From: Lytechinus pictus
Lineage: Eukaryota
Length of the DNA: 64,000 bases
NCBI RefSeq assembly: GCF_037042905.1
Contig: NC_087263.1
Coordinates: 12,340,001-12,404,000, forward strand
Direction: 5' to 3'
Under the pieces are notes generated by a model that was given only the letters and a program-made list of their open reading frames with translations, was not told the DNA's origin and made no database searches. The translations under genes were made by a program, and so were the position numbers. Below, piece by piece: positions 63,705 through 64,000 of the stretch (the first letter of the stretch is position 1; every line of letters starts with the position of its first letter).

Positions 63705-63978
63705 GGGTGTTTTGGCTCAGTTGGTAGAGCGTCCGTCTCACAACCGGGAGGTCGGGGGTTCAAACCCCGGCCGCGTCAGACCAAAAGACGTTAAAAGATG
63801 GGAGTTGCTGCTACCCTGTTTGGCGTTCAACGATTAAAGGGATAGAGCCTCGTCGATCTGGCGCTGCACAGCGGCTGCCGGGCCCACGATCAATTGGGCA
63901 AAGCAAATTTTCGGAGTATTTCATTTCATGTCTATTTCGAACAATAAATTATGGATTTTCATTTTCATTTTCATTTCA
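63705..63978 (+). mobile_element. tRNA-derived SINE (family B, MetaSINE-like central domain)
   Basis: A box TGGCTCAGTTGG, B box GGTTCAAACCC, central accaaaagacgttaaaagatgggagttgctgctaccctgtttggcgttcaac, AATAAA and (TTTTCA)n tail. Confidence 0.85.
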
Positions 63979-64000
63979 TAAAGCTAAATTATTGGTGTGA

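Noticed and set aside
63705..63778. tRNA gene
   Set aside because: Acceptor and anticodon stems do not pair and it runs into a SINE body and tail; the same applies to the family A heads

Overview
AT-rich, repeat-dense animal genomic DNA with no recognisable host protein-coding exon. The repeat repertoire suggests an invertebrate deuterostome, probably a sea urchin; that is an inference and is not provable here. The only long ORF (55975-61563, minus) is the gag-pol polyprotein of an apparently intact, very young BEL/Pao LTR retrotransposon (54690-62186; two 574-bp LTRs that look identical by eye; 5-bp TSD ATGAT). The rest is a mosaic of tRNA-derived SINEs, decayed CR1-group (L2/Crack-like) LINE pieces, tandem and microsatellite arrays, and non-autonomous DNA transposons (Kolobok-, Harbinger-, hAT-, CACTA-, AcademH- and Transib-like), several of them nested. 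Two signals stand out. (1) Two + strand polypyrimidine-CAG|GTAAG junctions (1617/1618 and 47327/47328), each followed 50-80 nt later by a second donor, match the architecture of recursive splice sites with cryptic RS-exons and suggest the window lies inside a giant intron. (2) A 1229-bp Transib/RAG-type non-autonomous element (27248-28476) has perfect CACAGTG heptamer ends, nonamer-like A-tracts at 12/23 spacing, and a 5-bp TSD confirmed by empty-site copies in the same window. Several palindromic RFX X-boxes in unique DNA hint at cis-regulatory modules. All family names come from visual pattern recognition, not database searches.
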